A stretch of DNA of 60,230 nucleotides from Patescibacteria group bacterium (GTDB lineage Bacteria > Patescibacteriota > Patescibacteriia > UBA9570 > JAHJKD01). Made by a program: the position numbers and the translations under genes. Positions within the stretch are counted from its first letter, which is position 1. Each line of letters starts with the position of its first letter. Shown here one piece after another: positions 29,850 to 38,777 of the stretch. The stretch spans positions 1 to 60,230 of the forward strand of contig JAZDOC010000005.1 of assembly GCA_043798935.1 (NCBI GenBank), read 5' to 3'. The notes under the pieces were generated by a model. That model was given only the letters and a program-made list of their open reading frames with translations. It did not search any database and had not been told where the DNA came from.

Positions 29850-29876
29850 AAAAAACAGCCATGAAATCAATAGCTG
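29850..29876 (-). terminator. Intrinsic terminator (minus strand): CAGCTAT-TGATTTC-ATGGCTG then T6
   Basis: 7-bp stem including one G-U pair, followed by a U run. A near-copy lies at 30415-30442. Confidence 0.55.
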
Positions 29877-29897
29877 CAAAATTTTATTTAATTAATT

Positions 29898-30373
29898 TTA
29901 AGAAAGATTTTTTAAAGCCCATTTATTATATATTGCGTCGGCCTCTTTCTTGGTGTTAGCAATTTTAATATCGTGCCTGGTTACTGAAAACAACAATTGT
30001 AATAGCACATGAAATGATGTGGTGCCACCATAAAAAACACCCTGATTAATTTGTTCATTATTTAACACCTCTTTATATAATTTTAGAGATTCCGGCGGTA
30101 CAAATTCACTATCATTAGCACCAGGAATATCAACAATTAAAAAAAATGTTTTTTGAGGATATTTTTCGGCTAACTTAAATAAAAAATTCTTTACGAACTT
30201 GGCTTCGCCAATATTGGTTTCTTCAGTATGAGTAGCGCTACCGTAATGAATATGAACTTAATTTTTTTCGGATAAACAATCAGCCAATCGTTAGCAGGCT
30301 CATAAATTGCAAAATCTTTCTTTTTTTGCAATTGGCATTGTTCACATACATATGGTAATTGAATTTTATCCAT
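29898..30373 (-). pseudogene. Frameshift-disrupted gene of unknown function (about 158 aa if repaired)
   Basis: The ATG ORF (MDKIQLPYVCEQCQ...VYPKKIK) runs on into low-complexity sequence. A second frame, VHIHYGSATHTEETNIGEAKF...KWALKNLS (118 aa), has no Met at all and opens just after an in-frame TAA at the ATTAAGTTC junction. Confidence 0.45.
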
Positions 30374-30414
30374 GTCTTTATAATACTACTATTATAATTT
30401 TTTACCAATTTTAA

Positions 30415-30442
30415 ACAAAAAACAGCCAAAAATCAATGACTG
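30415..30442 (-). terminator. Intrinsic terminator after tRNA-Trp (CAGTCA-TTGATTTT-TGGCTG then T6)
   Basis: Stem-loop plus U run immediately 3' of tRNA-Trp on the minus strand. Confidence 0.55.
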
Positions 30443-30450
30443 CTAATATT

Positions 30451-30527
30451 TGGCAGGGGTGGCAGGATTCGAACCCGCAACACGCGGTTTTGGAGACCGC
30501 TGCTCTAGCCATTGGAGCTACACCCCT
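30451..30527 (-). tRNA. tRNA-Trp (anticodon CCA)
   Basis: AGGGGTG TA GCTC CAATGGCTA GAGC A GCGGT CTCCAAA ACCGC GTGTT GCGGG TTCGAAT CCTGC CACCCCT G CCA. Confidence 0.9.
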
Positions 30528-30579
30528 TTATAACCCCGAGTGATTGCCCAAATGGCAATTGTATCGAGGGGTTACGATA

Positions 30580-30741
30580 TTATTTTGTTTCTTTATGTGG
30601 AGTGTGTTTGCGGCAATGCTTGCAATGTTTTTTTAATTCAAGTTTACCAGCTTGATGCAGTTTCTTTTTATTCTTTTTAGTATAATGCGTTACACGTTTG
30701 CATTCCTTACATTCCATTTTTGTCAGATTGTCTTGAGACAT
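30580..30741 (-). CDS. rpmG: 50S ribosomal protein L33
   Basis: Manual translation: MSQDNLTKMECKECKRVTHYTKKNKKKLHQAGKLELKKHCKHCRKHTPHKETK (53 aa, below the ORF-track cutoff). Zn-ribbon form of L33. Confidence 0.9.
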   Translation of the reverse strand: MSQDNLTKMECKECKRVTHYTKKNKKKLHQAGKLELKKHCKHCRKHTPHKETK

Positions 30742-30780
30742 ATTGTATATTAATTTTCAATTATTAGAAATTGCTATTTG

Positions 30781-30853
30781 AGCCAGCGAAGGGACTCGAA
30801 CCCCCGACATGCTGTTTACAAAACAGCTGCTCTACCAACTGAGCTACGCTGGC
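30781..30853 (-). tRNA. tRNA-Thr (anticodon UGU); 3' CCA is not encoded
   Basis: GCCAGCG TA GCTC AGTTGGTA GAGC A GCTGT TTTGTAA ACAGC ATGTC GGGGG TTCGAGT CCCTT CGCTGGC T, followed by CAA. The T-stem has two G-U pairs. Confidence 0.8.
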
Positions 30854-30856
30854 ACT

Positions 30857-30943
30857 TGGTGGGCAGGGAGGGATTTGAACCCCCGAAGGTCGAAGACCGC
30901 TTGGTTTACAGCCAAGTCCATTTGACCACTCTGGCACCTACCC
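30857..30943 (-). tRNA. tRNA-Tyr (anticodon GUA), long variable arm
   Basis: GGGTAGG TG CCA GAGTGGTCAAA TGG A CTTGG CTGTAAA CCAAG CGGTCTTCGACCTTC GGGGG TTCAAAT CCCTC CCTGCCC A CCA. Confidence 0.9.
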
Positions 30944-31168
30944 ATTTTCTATATTGAAAAATTTTTCAATATATTTCCGTTTCTTGTTTCTTTTTACGTT
31001 TTTCTCGGCGGAATATGCTTTTCTAACATCTAGATATTCTTTACATGCAATTAATTTCCAAGGAGCTTTCGACTTTGTATATTGTGATTTACCTGTATTA
31101 TGTTCTTTAAGCCTTCTTTTAATGTTATTTGTTGTACCAACATAATAACTTGAATCAACTGTCTCCAA
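30938..31168 (-). pseudogene. N-terminally truncated GIY-YIG (UPF0213-like) ORF; TTG start; stop codon inside tRNA-Tyr
   Basis: ..SSYYVGTTNNIKRRLKEHNTGKS..APWKL keeps the YIG and R..EH motifs but lacks the first GIY strand. The TAG stop (30940-30938) lies within nt 1-6 of tRNA-Tyr. Confidence 0.5.
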
Positions 31169-31262
31169 AATTTTTCAAATTTTGTGAGAAATCGAGAATC
31201 CTCGATTTTTCAACTGCGATGCTATGCATCGCCGGAAAAATCGGGACTCTGGCACCTACCCA
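31161..31262 (-). repeat. Two-hairpin element (copy A) preceded by a 17-nt duplicate of the tRNA-Tyr 5' end
   Basis: 31246-31262 equals 30928-30944 (actctggcacctaccca). Hairpin: TCCCGATTTTT (31246-31236) / AAAAATCGAGGA (31210-31199) enclosing GCGATGC-ATA-GCATCGC (31232-31216). The second hairpin is degenerate. Confidence 0.6.
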
Positions 31263-31293
31263 AAAACAATAAACCGTGAAAAAACACCACTAT

Positions 31294-31322
31294 AATATAA
31301 ACTAAATTTTTAAAATGGTCAA
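31294..31322 (-). promoter_or_regulatory. Candidate promoter TTGACC-17-TATATT of the tRNA/rpmG transcription unit
   Basis: Minus strand: TTGACC (31322-31317), a 17-nt spacer, TATATT (31299-31294). It lies 32 nt upstream of the duplicated tRNA-Tyr 5' fragment. Confidence 0.4.
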
Positions 31323-31329
31323 TATATGG

Positions 31330-31827
31330 TTACTCAACGTTAATAACAATGCTAATTTCGTCGTTTTCTTCATATGAATAAATTCCAACCGACAAATTAC
31401 GACCGTCTTTTTTAGCCACAAAAATCGAAGTATTTCCGCTAATTGCCATTATATTATGACTTTCAATGGTCCAACCATTGCTTTCTAGCTCTGTTTGATA
31501 AAATTCATCAATTTCATTATAGCTGTCGGTTGAAGACATGGTTAGAGCAAATTGATTTTCGGCTGTTGTTGAAGCTGCTAGAATTTTTTTATCTGTGTAA
31601 ACCGGCACATCACTCGGAAAATCATCAGGCAAGCTGATATTCTGGCCAGTTGTAATGGTGTTACCGTCTGCAGTTGTAATGTTTACATTACTATTATCAA
31701 TATCCACCTCTGCACCAGTAGCATTTTCGATAGCCTTTTCCGCAGTTGTTTCAGCAATTTTCTCGCTTGCTCCACAACCGGCGAATATTATTGTTAATAC
31801 TGCCAACATGATTAATGTTTTTTTCAT
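31330..31827 (-). CDS. Lipoprotein, unknown function
   Basis: Signal peptide with lipobox IFAGC. Confidence 0.55.
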   Translation of the reverse strand: MKKTLIMLAVLTIIFAGCGASEKIAETTAEKAIENATGAEVDIDNSNVNITTADGNTITTGQNISLPDDFPSDVPVYTDKKILAASTTAENQFALTMSSTDSYNEIDEFYQTELESNGWTIESHNIMAISGNTSIFVAKKDGRNLSVGIYSYEENDEISIVINVE

Positions 31828-32001
31828 AGAAATTAAATTTAATGATTTTGTTTATAATAACATTTATTAATAGCCTAAGCAACAAAAACTAGTTTGATAA
31901 TGATTTATATTCTACGCCCTGTTATTATATATAATTTTGCCACTGGCTTTACTCTACGCCCACGCCCATAAAGGGCGGGGCTTATAATGAACGGTCTAAA
32001 G

Positions 32002-32658
32002 TTAAACTTGCAAACGACCGATAACAGGATATTTGGATAAAACTTGTTTCGCATGATAGCTGTAAAAAGCATTTGTTAATTCTGTTCCGGCTAAATGTGA
32101 ATAATGACGACCACTTTGAAATGTGCGTGATAAATCGTAAACATCTCCATCTACCGCTACATAAGCCGGCATATTATTCTGACCATTATATTTTGCTAAA
32201 TCGCTAAGAGTAAAAGTTTGAATGTTGGTTTTAGTGGTCGAGTTTGTAGAAGAATTAAAATCTATTTTAATATCAATATTTGTATTAGCATTAGTTGTAG
32301 CACTATAATTTGAATTGTTTAATGAGCTTGAATTATTACTATCGTTGCTTTCGGGTTTATAAAATTTATCAGCATAAATAAAAAAACTAATAAATAAAAC
32401 AAAAAAAACAACTAAAGCTAAAATTCCCGAGGCTTTCCAAATATGCCAACGTTTAAAAGCTAAATGAATTGCAAATGAAGTGTGAATAACAAAAACAATT
32501 AAAATTATATAGCTTAAATAATCCATGTGCACTTTAGCACTAAAAGCCGGATCAATTATACCTTTGCTCATTCCAAAGCCACTGATAAAATAAAATAGGA
32601 TCCCGATAAATAAAATCCACGCCGAAATACGGTCGATCTTAAATAGATATTTTGGCAT
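32002..32658 (-). CDS. Membrane-anchored cytochrome b5-like heme/steroid-binding domain protein
   Basis: Four N-terminal TM helices, an Asn/Ser-rich linker, and a C-terminal LAKYNGQNNMPAYVAVDGDVYDLS....GRHY..AG. Confidence 0.6.
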   Translation of the reverse strand: MPKYLFKIDRISAWILFIGILFYFISGFGMSKGIIDPAFSAKVHMDYLSYIILIVFVIHTSFAIHLAFKRWHIWKASGILALVVFFVLFISFFIYADKFYKPESNDSNNSSSLNNSNYSATTNANTNIDIKIDFNSSTNSTTKTNIQTFTLSDLAKYNGQNNMPAYVAVDGDVYDLSRTFQSGRHYSHLAGTELTNAFYSYHAKQVLSKYPVIGRLQV

Positions 32659-32697
32659 AATAACTTTTAATATTAATTAACTAATGGTTAGTTTAAA

Positions 32698-33204
32698 CTA
32701 ATTTTGATTATTTTTCAACTCTTCAAACTGCGCTTTTTCTTCGGCGCTAACTTCTCCATCGGCGCAAATTGTTTGAATTAATTGCATTTGCACTCGCATT
32801 GTTTCGGGATTAAAATTGGCATCTTGAGAACCTCCGGCAAAATCTCCCCGGTTTACATTTCGATTAAAATTAGAATCGCCGTTGCCTTGGCGCCTTTGTT
32901 GAAAATCTTCAGCGTTAACATTATCTGGCATTTGCCTGTTGGCACGATTTACATTAGTTGGTCTATCCTGCATGTTATTACAAATATCTTCGATACTCAT
33001 ATTATTAAAATCAATTCGACCTGATCGCTGATCGCTTTTTACAGCAAAATATTTATCATAAACCATGTACCCGACAACTGAAAATATTACTAATAATGCA
33101 ACTACATTAATAATAATTATTACTTTATTGATTTTTTTCTTTTCCGGTTTTGATTTTATTTCAGTATTATCTTTTTGTTCCTTATTAATTATTTTTTCTT
33201 CCAT
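32698..33204 (-). CDS. Hypothetical membrane-anchored protein
   Basis: 168 aa with a single TM after a basic N-terminus. No family recognised. Confidence 0.4.
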   Translation of the reverse strand: MEEKIINKEQKDNTEIKSKPEKKKINKVIIIINVVALLVIFSVVGYMVYDKYFAVKSDQRSGRIDFNNMSIEDICNNMQDRPTNVNRANRQMPDNVNAEDFQQRRQGNGDSNFNRNVNRGDFAGGSQDANFNPETMRVQMQLIQTICADGEVSAEEKAQFEELKNNQN

Positions 33205-33218
33205 ATTTTTAATATTAA

Positions 33219-34433
33219 TTATTCATATCTTAAAGCATCAATCGGGTTTAATTTAGCTGCCCGTCTAGCCGGATAATAACCAAAAATAATACCAATGGCC
33301 ACGGAAACTCCAAAAGCTAACCCGACGGAAGATAACGTGACCGCGGTCGTGGTGCTTAAAAATTTACTGACTAACATTGATGATATATATCCTAAAATAA
33401 TACCGATCACTCCGCCAATAAAAGTAAGCATTACCGATTCGGCTAAAAACTGTTTGCTAATATCGCCGCGTTTCGCGCCAATCGCTTTACGCAGTCCAAT
33501 TTCTCTGGTTCTTTCAGTAACAGAAGTTAGCATCATATTCATAATACCGATGCCACCGACAATTAATGATATGGCCGCGATCGAACCCAATAGTATTGTT
33601 AGTGTACTGGTTATTGAACTGGCCATATCTATCATTTCAGTTGAACTGCGAACCATAAAATCAGCACTGTCGGCATCAATAATATTATGACGTTGCATTA
33701 ACAGATCAGTAATGTCTGTTTGAAGCTGCGTCATCACTTCCTGTGATGAGGCTTTGACACTGATATTTGAAACATTTTTACTACCAGTAAAATATCTTTG
33801 TAAAACTGTTAGCGGAATAATTATGGCATCATCAGCACTGTTAAAACCAGTACCGGTTTCAGTAAGAATGCCGATTACTTTAAAGTTCATATTATTAATG
33901 CGAATGGTCTCCCCGATCGGATCTACCCCTTCACCAAATAAATCTGTTGTTACAGTTGCACCAAGCACCGCCACTTTCGAAGCGCTCTTTAATTGACTCT
34001 CTGTAATAAAATGACCATTATTCACTTCAATACTTTTAGCGATTTGGTATTCTGGGTAAACCCCGGAGATGGAAGAATTACTATTATTACCTTTCGCTGT
34101 CACCTGATACCGACTGGAGCTCTCGGGTGATACAACTTCAACGCCATTAATATTTCTAATGGCTTTAGCATCCTCTAAAGTTAAGCTATCGGCGCTACCT
34201 TGTGCACTGCTAACCGGTCCGAAAGATCTTTGCCGACCGGGGCTAATAGTAAGTAAATTTGCTCCACCCGCTTCAATTCTATCGGTAATAGACTGTTGAG
34301 CGCCTTGCCCGATTGACACCATGGCAATTACAGAACCAATGCCAATAACAATGCCTAAAATTGTTAGAGCCGAACGCGCTTTATTAGCAGCCACGGCTAA
34401 ATATGTTTCTTGTAATAAATCTTTTATGAGCAT
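33219..34433 (-). CDS. MacB/FtsX-type ABC transporter permease
   Basis: MacB_PCD-like periplasmic domain between TM1 and TM2, plus a C-terminal FtsX region ([14 protein letters not shown]...[18 protein letters not shown]). Confidence 0.85.
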   Translation of the reverse strand: MLIKDLLQETYLAVAANKARSALTILGIVIGIGSVIAMVSIGQGAQQSITDRIEAGGANLLTISPGRQRSFGPVSSAQGSADSLTLEDAKAIRNINGVEVVSPESSSRYQVTAKGNNSNSSISGVYPEYQIAKSIEVNNGHFITESQLKSASKVAVLGATVTTDLFGEGVDPIGETIRINNMNFKVIGILTETGTGFNSADDAIIIPLTVLQRYFTGSKNVSNISVKASSQEVMTQLQTDITDLLMQRHNIIDADSADFMVRSSTEMIDMASSITSTLTILLGSIAAISLIVGGIGIMNMMLTSVTERTREIGLRKAIGAKRGDISKQFLAESVMLTFIGGVIGIILGYISSMLVSKFLSTTTAVTLSSVGLAFGVSVAIGIIFGYYPARRAAKLNPIDALRYE

Positions 34434-35101
34434 ATTTCTCCGTCTTTAATTTTTATGGTTCGATTAGCTTGCGCGGCAATTTCCTGGCTGTGTGTAATCA
34501 TAATAATTGTACATTTTTTTTCCCGATGCAGTTTCTTAAATGTGTCGATTACTAAAGCACCAGTTTTACTGTCTAGGTTGCCGGTTGGTTCGTCAGCTAA
34601 TAATATTTCTGGTTCATTAACTAACGCTCTGGCGATGGCGACACGTTGCATCTGGCCGCCGGAAAGCTGATTGGAATAATGATGCCATAATTCAGGTTCA
34701 TTAAACCCAACTCTTTTTAAAGCGGCAATGGCCTTGGCTTCACGCTCTTTATTATTTTTCGGAACGCCTGAATAAATAAACGGCAACATTACATTGCGCA
34801 AAACCGTGGATCTCTTAAGTAAATTATAACTTTGAAAAATGAAACCAATATTATTTAAGCGAATATCAGCTAAAGCATCGTCATTTAAATTTGCGACATT
34901 TTTATTATTTAACAAATAACTGCCGGATGTAGGATTATCAAGCATGCCAATAATATTCATGAGCGTAGATTTCCCTGAACCCGATGGCCCCATAATGGCA
35001 ATAAATTCACCATCCGCCACGGATAAATTAACATCAATTAAAACCCGTTGTTTATTTCCACCGATGGTATATTCTTTGATAATATTTTTTAATTCAATCA
35101 T
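34424..35101 (-). CDS. ABC transporter ATP-binding protein (MacB/LolD-type)
   Basis: [35 protein letters not shown]. Confidence 0.9.
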   Translation of the reverse strand: MIELKNIIKEYTIGGNKQRVLIDVNLSVADGEFIAIMGPSGSGKSTLMNIIGMLDNPTSGSYLLNNKNVANLNDDALADIRLNNIGFIFQSYNLLKRSTVLRNVMLPFIYSGVPKNNKEREAKAIAALKRVGFNEPELWHHYSNQLSGGQMQRVAIARALVNEPEILLADEPTGNLDSKTGALVIDTFKKLHREKKCTIIMITHSQEIAAQANRTIKIKDGEICS

Positions 35102-35102
35102 A

Positions 35103-36548
35103 TTAATCGCGCATCATCCCGCCACCGCCCATATTGAGAATTGAGCCACTACTGCGTTGGCCGGAGCTGTTGGTATTAGAGCTAGTATTAGTATTTGTAG
35201 AATCCGGAGTTATTATTTTAGTGATAACTATATCACCGGAATTCAAACCGCTAATAATCTCGGTATTAACATCATCCGAAATGCCGGTTTCGACATCAAC
35301 CATTCTGACACTGTTATTTTGATCTAAAGTTTGAATATAACTTCCTTGACCCGATGTTTTAATAGCACCACTCGATAAAACTAAAATATTTTCTTTTGAT
35401 GTTGTAATAATATCAGCATTAACGGTCATGCCATTTCTTAAACGCTCATCTTGATCATCAAAATTAATGGTAACGTTATTTGAAACAACATTTTGTGTAA
35501 TGGTTCCAATGAGGTCAACTTTGCTGACAGTACCAGTCATGGTTAAATCCGGCAGGGCATCAAAAGTAAGATTGACTTTCTGGCCTGCCGTAATACTCGG
35601 AATATCCACTTCATTAATTGCCACGACGGTATTTTTATTTTGCGAGATCATTACGGCCAAAGCGGTAGAACTGCTGGCACTGCCACCGGCTGAAATTTTT
35701 TCTCCGACTTGATAATTAATAATGGCTACAATTCCATCTTTCGGCGCGGTCACTAAATAATCGTTCCTTTGCGAAATTAAATCATCGAGTTTGCTTTGTT
35801 GATCTTGCAAATTAATTTTTTGCGATCTTAATTCATCGGCCGTCGGTGGCGCCTGTAATTTAGCCAAAGCTTGTTTAGTTTCTTCGATTCTGGATTCAGC
35901 CGCATCAATATCCATGGGCTGAGTGATATTTAATTTTTCGATTTTCCTTTTAGCTGAATCAAGCGCATCATTATAGGTTGCTTTTTTTGTTTTATAATCA
36001 GGGTCGCTTTTTTTTAAATCGTTTAAATTATCTTTAGCAGTTTGTTTTTCTTTTAAAGCGACGTTCATTTCGTCTTCCTGAGTTAGCTTTAATTTTACTA
36101 AATCATTTTCGGATGAAGTAATACTTTGTTTAGCTTTATAAATATCGCTATCATCGGCCGACGCATTTAGCTTATTAAAATTAATTTGCGCTGTTTCCAC
36201 GGCTAATTGAGCCTGATAAATCTGACTCTCAAGTGATGCGCTGTCGATTTGGGCGATTAAGTCGCCGGTTTTAACGCTGTCGCCTTCGCTGACAGCGATT
36301 TTTAGTATCTCGCCACTGACATCCGGCATAATATTAATCTGATTGTCGTCAGCTACCTGACCACTGGTTGATACTAAAGTTTCAATACTACCTTCTCGGA
36401 CGGTTGTAGTTTCATATGAAGTTTCAGCCGGAGTGGCACCATAATGCGTATAAATATAATATGTTCCCAAAGCTAGGGCAATGAGCAGAATTATAGCTGT
36501 AATTTTATGCTCCCTTACAAAACCAAATAATTTTTTAATCATGTTCAT
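35103..36548 (-). CDS. HlyD/MacA-type periplasmic adaptor (membrane fusion protein)
   Basis: N-terminal TM, a lipoyl-like segment (GDSVKTGDLIAQID), a long coiled coil and a beta-barrel region. Confidence 0.8.
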   Translation of the reverse strand: MNMIKKLFGFVREHKITAIILLIALALGTYYIYTHYGATPAETSYETTTVREGSIETLVSTSGQVADDNQINIMPDVSGEILKIAVSEGDSVKTGDLIAQIDSASLESQIYQAQLAVETAQINFNKLNASADDSDIYKAKQSITSSENDLVKLKLTQEDEMNVALKEKQTAKDNLNDLKKSDPDYKTKKATYNDALDSAKRKIEKLNITQPMDIDAAESRIEETKQALAKLQAPPTADELRSQKINLQDQQSKLDDLISQRNDYLVTAPKDGIVAIINYQVGEKISAGGSASSSTALAVMISQNKNTVVAINEVDIPSITAGQKVNLTFDALPDLTMTGTVSKVDLIGTITQNVVSNNVTINFDDQDERLRNGMTVNADIITTSKENILVLSSGAIKTSGQGSYIQTLDQNNSVRMVDVETGISDDVNTEIISGLNSGDIVITKIITPDSTNTNTSSNTNSSGQRSSGSILNMGGGGMMRD

Positions 36549-36587
36549 AATATTTCATTAATTAACTTGTAAATCATATATAATATC

Positions 36588-36606
36588 AAGTGAAATCAAA
36601 GTGAAA
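36588..36606 (-). promoter_or_regulatory. Direct repeat AAGTGAAA-N3-AAGTGAAA (11-nt periodicity); candidate OmpR-family response-regulator box
   Basis: Lies 40-58 nt upstream of the adaptor ATG (36548). A related box is at 38529-38545. Confidence 0.45.
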
Positions 36607-36689
36607 AAAAACAACCCTAAAAGTTAAATAAAACGGCTTATTTTAGCCATTTTTTTAAATTAATAAATATTTAATCAAAAGCCCATGCC

Positions 36690-37817
36690 TTATAATTCAA
36701 TCTTAACTTCGGTTCCCAAATTTAAAGTTGAATTTAAAGTTATCTTACCTTGGTGAAATTCAATGATTCTTTTTGTTATGGCTAATCCTAAACCAGTACC
36801 ACCGGATTTACGCGAACGCGATTTGTCTATTCGATAAAATCTATCAAAAACTTTGTCTAATTTATCGGGTGGTATACCAATGCCATTATCAATTATTGAA
36901 ATGGTTTGTTTGTTATCTTTATTTTCTAATTTAACAATTATTTCTCCGCCAGCTTGGGAATAATTTATTGCGTTTTCGATTAGATTCATAATTGCTCTTT
37001 GCAATAATGGTTTGTTACCTTTGATAATACTTTCATTACCATCGGCAATTTTTAAATCCATGCCAATATTTTTTGTTTTGGCTATCATGGCTAGCTGGCT
37101 GACTGTTTCCTGCATGAGCTGGCTTAATTTAACTTCTTCAAATTTAATATCTTTATCGGCTAAAGATAACAATAATAAATCTTCGATCAACTTGTTCATA
37201 AACACAGTTGATTTTAGTGCTGTTTGAATATTATCATTTTTCACTTCCAACTGTGATAAATCCAGATTAATTTTTATTATAGACAAAGGTGTTTTTAATT
37301 CATGGGAGGCATTCTCGACAAACTGCTTTTGTAAAGAGAAAGAATTATTAAGACGCTTAATCATTTCATTAATATGGTTTATCATTTCGCTGATTTCATC
37401 ACCGGTGTCATCATGTTCGATTTTTTTATCCAAATTATATGAATTTATTTCTTTGGTCAGGGCATTGATTTTTTTCAGAGGTTTTAACATCCAACCAGCG
37501 ATAATATAGCCACTGCCAAAAGAGAAAATTGCCAGGATAATAAATAACAAAATTAATATTTTCTGTATCTGATACAAATCGTTAGATCGGGTGCGATTCA
37601 TGACTTGCTGAAAATCAGCATTATTTTCAAAAGGCAAAGCCATATTCGGCTGACGCATTGCCATCTGACCATTATTTTGCAAAAAATGCGGTAAACGATT
37701 CTGATAATGTTCGGTGATAATATAATTGGCCGCTAAAATAAACAGCAGATTAGTAATGATAAACAATAGCGAATACCAAAGAGTTAATTTAAATCGAATT
37801 GTTTTGTGAAATTTCAT
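36690..37817 (-). CDS. Sensor histidine kinase (HAMP-HisKA-HATPase)
   Basis: H-box ENASHELKTPLS, N-box NLIENAINYS, and G-boxes DNGIGIP and GGTGLGLAI. Confidence 0.85.
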   Translation of the reverse strand: MKFHKTIRFKLTLWYSLLFIITNLLFILAANYIITEHYQNRLPHFLQNNGQMAMRQPNMALPFENNADFQQVMNRTRSNDLYQIQKILILLFIILAIFSFGSGYIIAGWMLKPLKKINALTKEINSYNLDKKIEHDDTGDEISEMINHINEMIKRLNNSFSLQKQFVENASHELKTPLSIIKINLDLSQLEVKNDNIQTALKSTVFMNKLIEDLLLLSLADKDIKFEEVKLSQLMQETVSQLAMIAKTKNIGMDLKIADGNESIIKGNKPLLQRAIMNLIENAINYSQAGGEIIVKLENKDNKQTISIIDNGIGIPPDKLDKVFDRFYRIDKSRSRKSGGTGLGLAITKRIIEFHQGKITLNSTLNLGTEVKIEL

Positions 37818-38491
37818 AAATCTATTTTATATCCTTTGTTTCTTATAGTTTGAATGATCTTTTTATCCGGATCAATTTTTTGACGTAATGTTTTAATGTG
37901 AGTTTTTACCGTATCAGTAAACATGTTCACTTCACTGTCCCAAACATGTTCTAAGAGCTCTTCGGTAGAAATTATGCGATTACTGTGACGAATTAAATAT
38001 TCTAAAACTGCGGTTTCTTTGGTGTTTAAAATTATTTTATTAATTATTTTATTACCCTGATAGCAGATTACCATATTCTGCATGGGCAATAATTCAAAAT
38101 CTTTAAATTTTAATTTATCTTGCTTATTAACAGAGTCGCGTTTTATAACAGCATTAATCCGCGCTATCAACTCATCTAGGTCAAACGGTTTTGTAATATA
38201 ATCATCGGCGCCATTTTTAAATCCATCCAATTTATTATAAATTTGGCTACGCGCGGTTAGCATAATAATTGGCACGTTCTGTCCGACACGGCGCAGTTTA
38301 TCTGCCAATTCTAAACCATCAATTCCGGGTAAGTTTAAATCTAAAAGCAAACAATCATAAGCATTTAATTTAGCAGTCGCAAAACCCTGTTCACCGTCTG
38401 GCGCATAATCCACCGCAAAGCCGTGTATTTCAAGCATTTTTTTCAAGGGCAAAGCCAGATCTTTTTCGTCTTCAATAATTAATAATCGCAT
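37814..38491 (-). CDS. OmpR/PhoB-family response regulator
   Basis: MRLLIIEDE..., LLDLNLPGIDG, and a C-terminal winged helix (TVKTHIKTLRQKI...IQTIRNKGYKI). The start is placed at the ATG at 38491 rather than the upstream TTG. Confidence 0.9.
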   Translation of the reverse strand: MRLLIIEDEKDLALPLKKMLEIHGFAVDYAPDGEQGFATAKLNAYDCLLLDLNLPGIDGLELADKLRRVGQNVPIIMLTARSQIYNKLDGFKNGADDYITKPFDLDELIARINAVIKRDSVNKQDKLKFKDFELLPMQNMVICYQGNKIINKIILNTKETAVLEYLIRHSNRIISTEELLEHVWDSEVNMFTDTVKTHIKTLRQKIDPDKKIIQTIRNKGYKIDL

Positions 38492-38528
38492 ATCGTTTGT
38501 ATTGTACAAGTAAGAATAATAAAATAAT

Positions 38529-38545
38529 AGTGAACTGAAAGTGAA
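38529..38545 (-). promoter_or_regulatory. Direct repeat AGTGAA-N5-AGTGAA upstream of the response-regulator gene
   Basis: Lies 38-54 nt upstream of the ATG at 38491, just upstream of a TACAAT -10 element (38506-38501). Confidence 0.45.
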
Positions 38546-38576
38546 TTAAAAATAATGCTAAAATAATATTTAAGTA

Positions 38577-38777
38577 CTAAAAAATAAATAATTTTTCAAT
38601 GCTAGTTTTTAATGCTGATGCAACATCATGAGCTAATTTTAAAGACGGATTATATTTTCCCTGTTCTAGAAAAACAATGGTTTCCCGACGCACTTTGGCT
38701 TTTTGCGCTAATTCTTCCTGAGTCATTTTTAATAGTAAGCGCAACTCTTTTATTTTATTTTTCATAATTATTTGCAT
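38577..38777 (-). CDS. XRE-family helix-turn-helix transcriptional regulator (66 aa)
   Basis: [41 protein letters not shown]. Confidence 0.85.
   Translation of the reverse strand: MQIIMKNKIKELRLLLKMTQEELAQKAKVRRETIVFLEQGKYNPSLKLAHDVASALKTSIEKLFIF

Noticed and set aside
30250-30262. Programmed ribosomal frameshift at the A7 run (CCGAAAAAAATTAAG) in the disrupted gene.
   Set aside because: Both -1 and +1 slips on the A run run straight into TAA. The continuation frame only opens after that TAA.
30944-31245. Group I intron interpretation of the insert upstream of tRNA-Tyr.
   Set aside because: The downstream tRNA-Tyr is complete and uninterrupted. The insert lies outside the mature tRNA, and I see no P3-P8-like core pairings.
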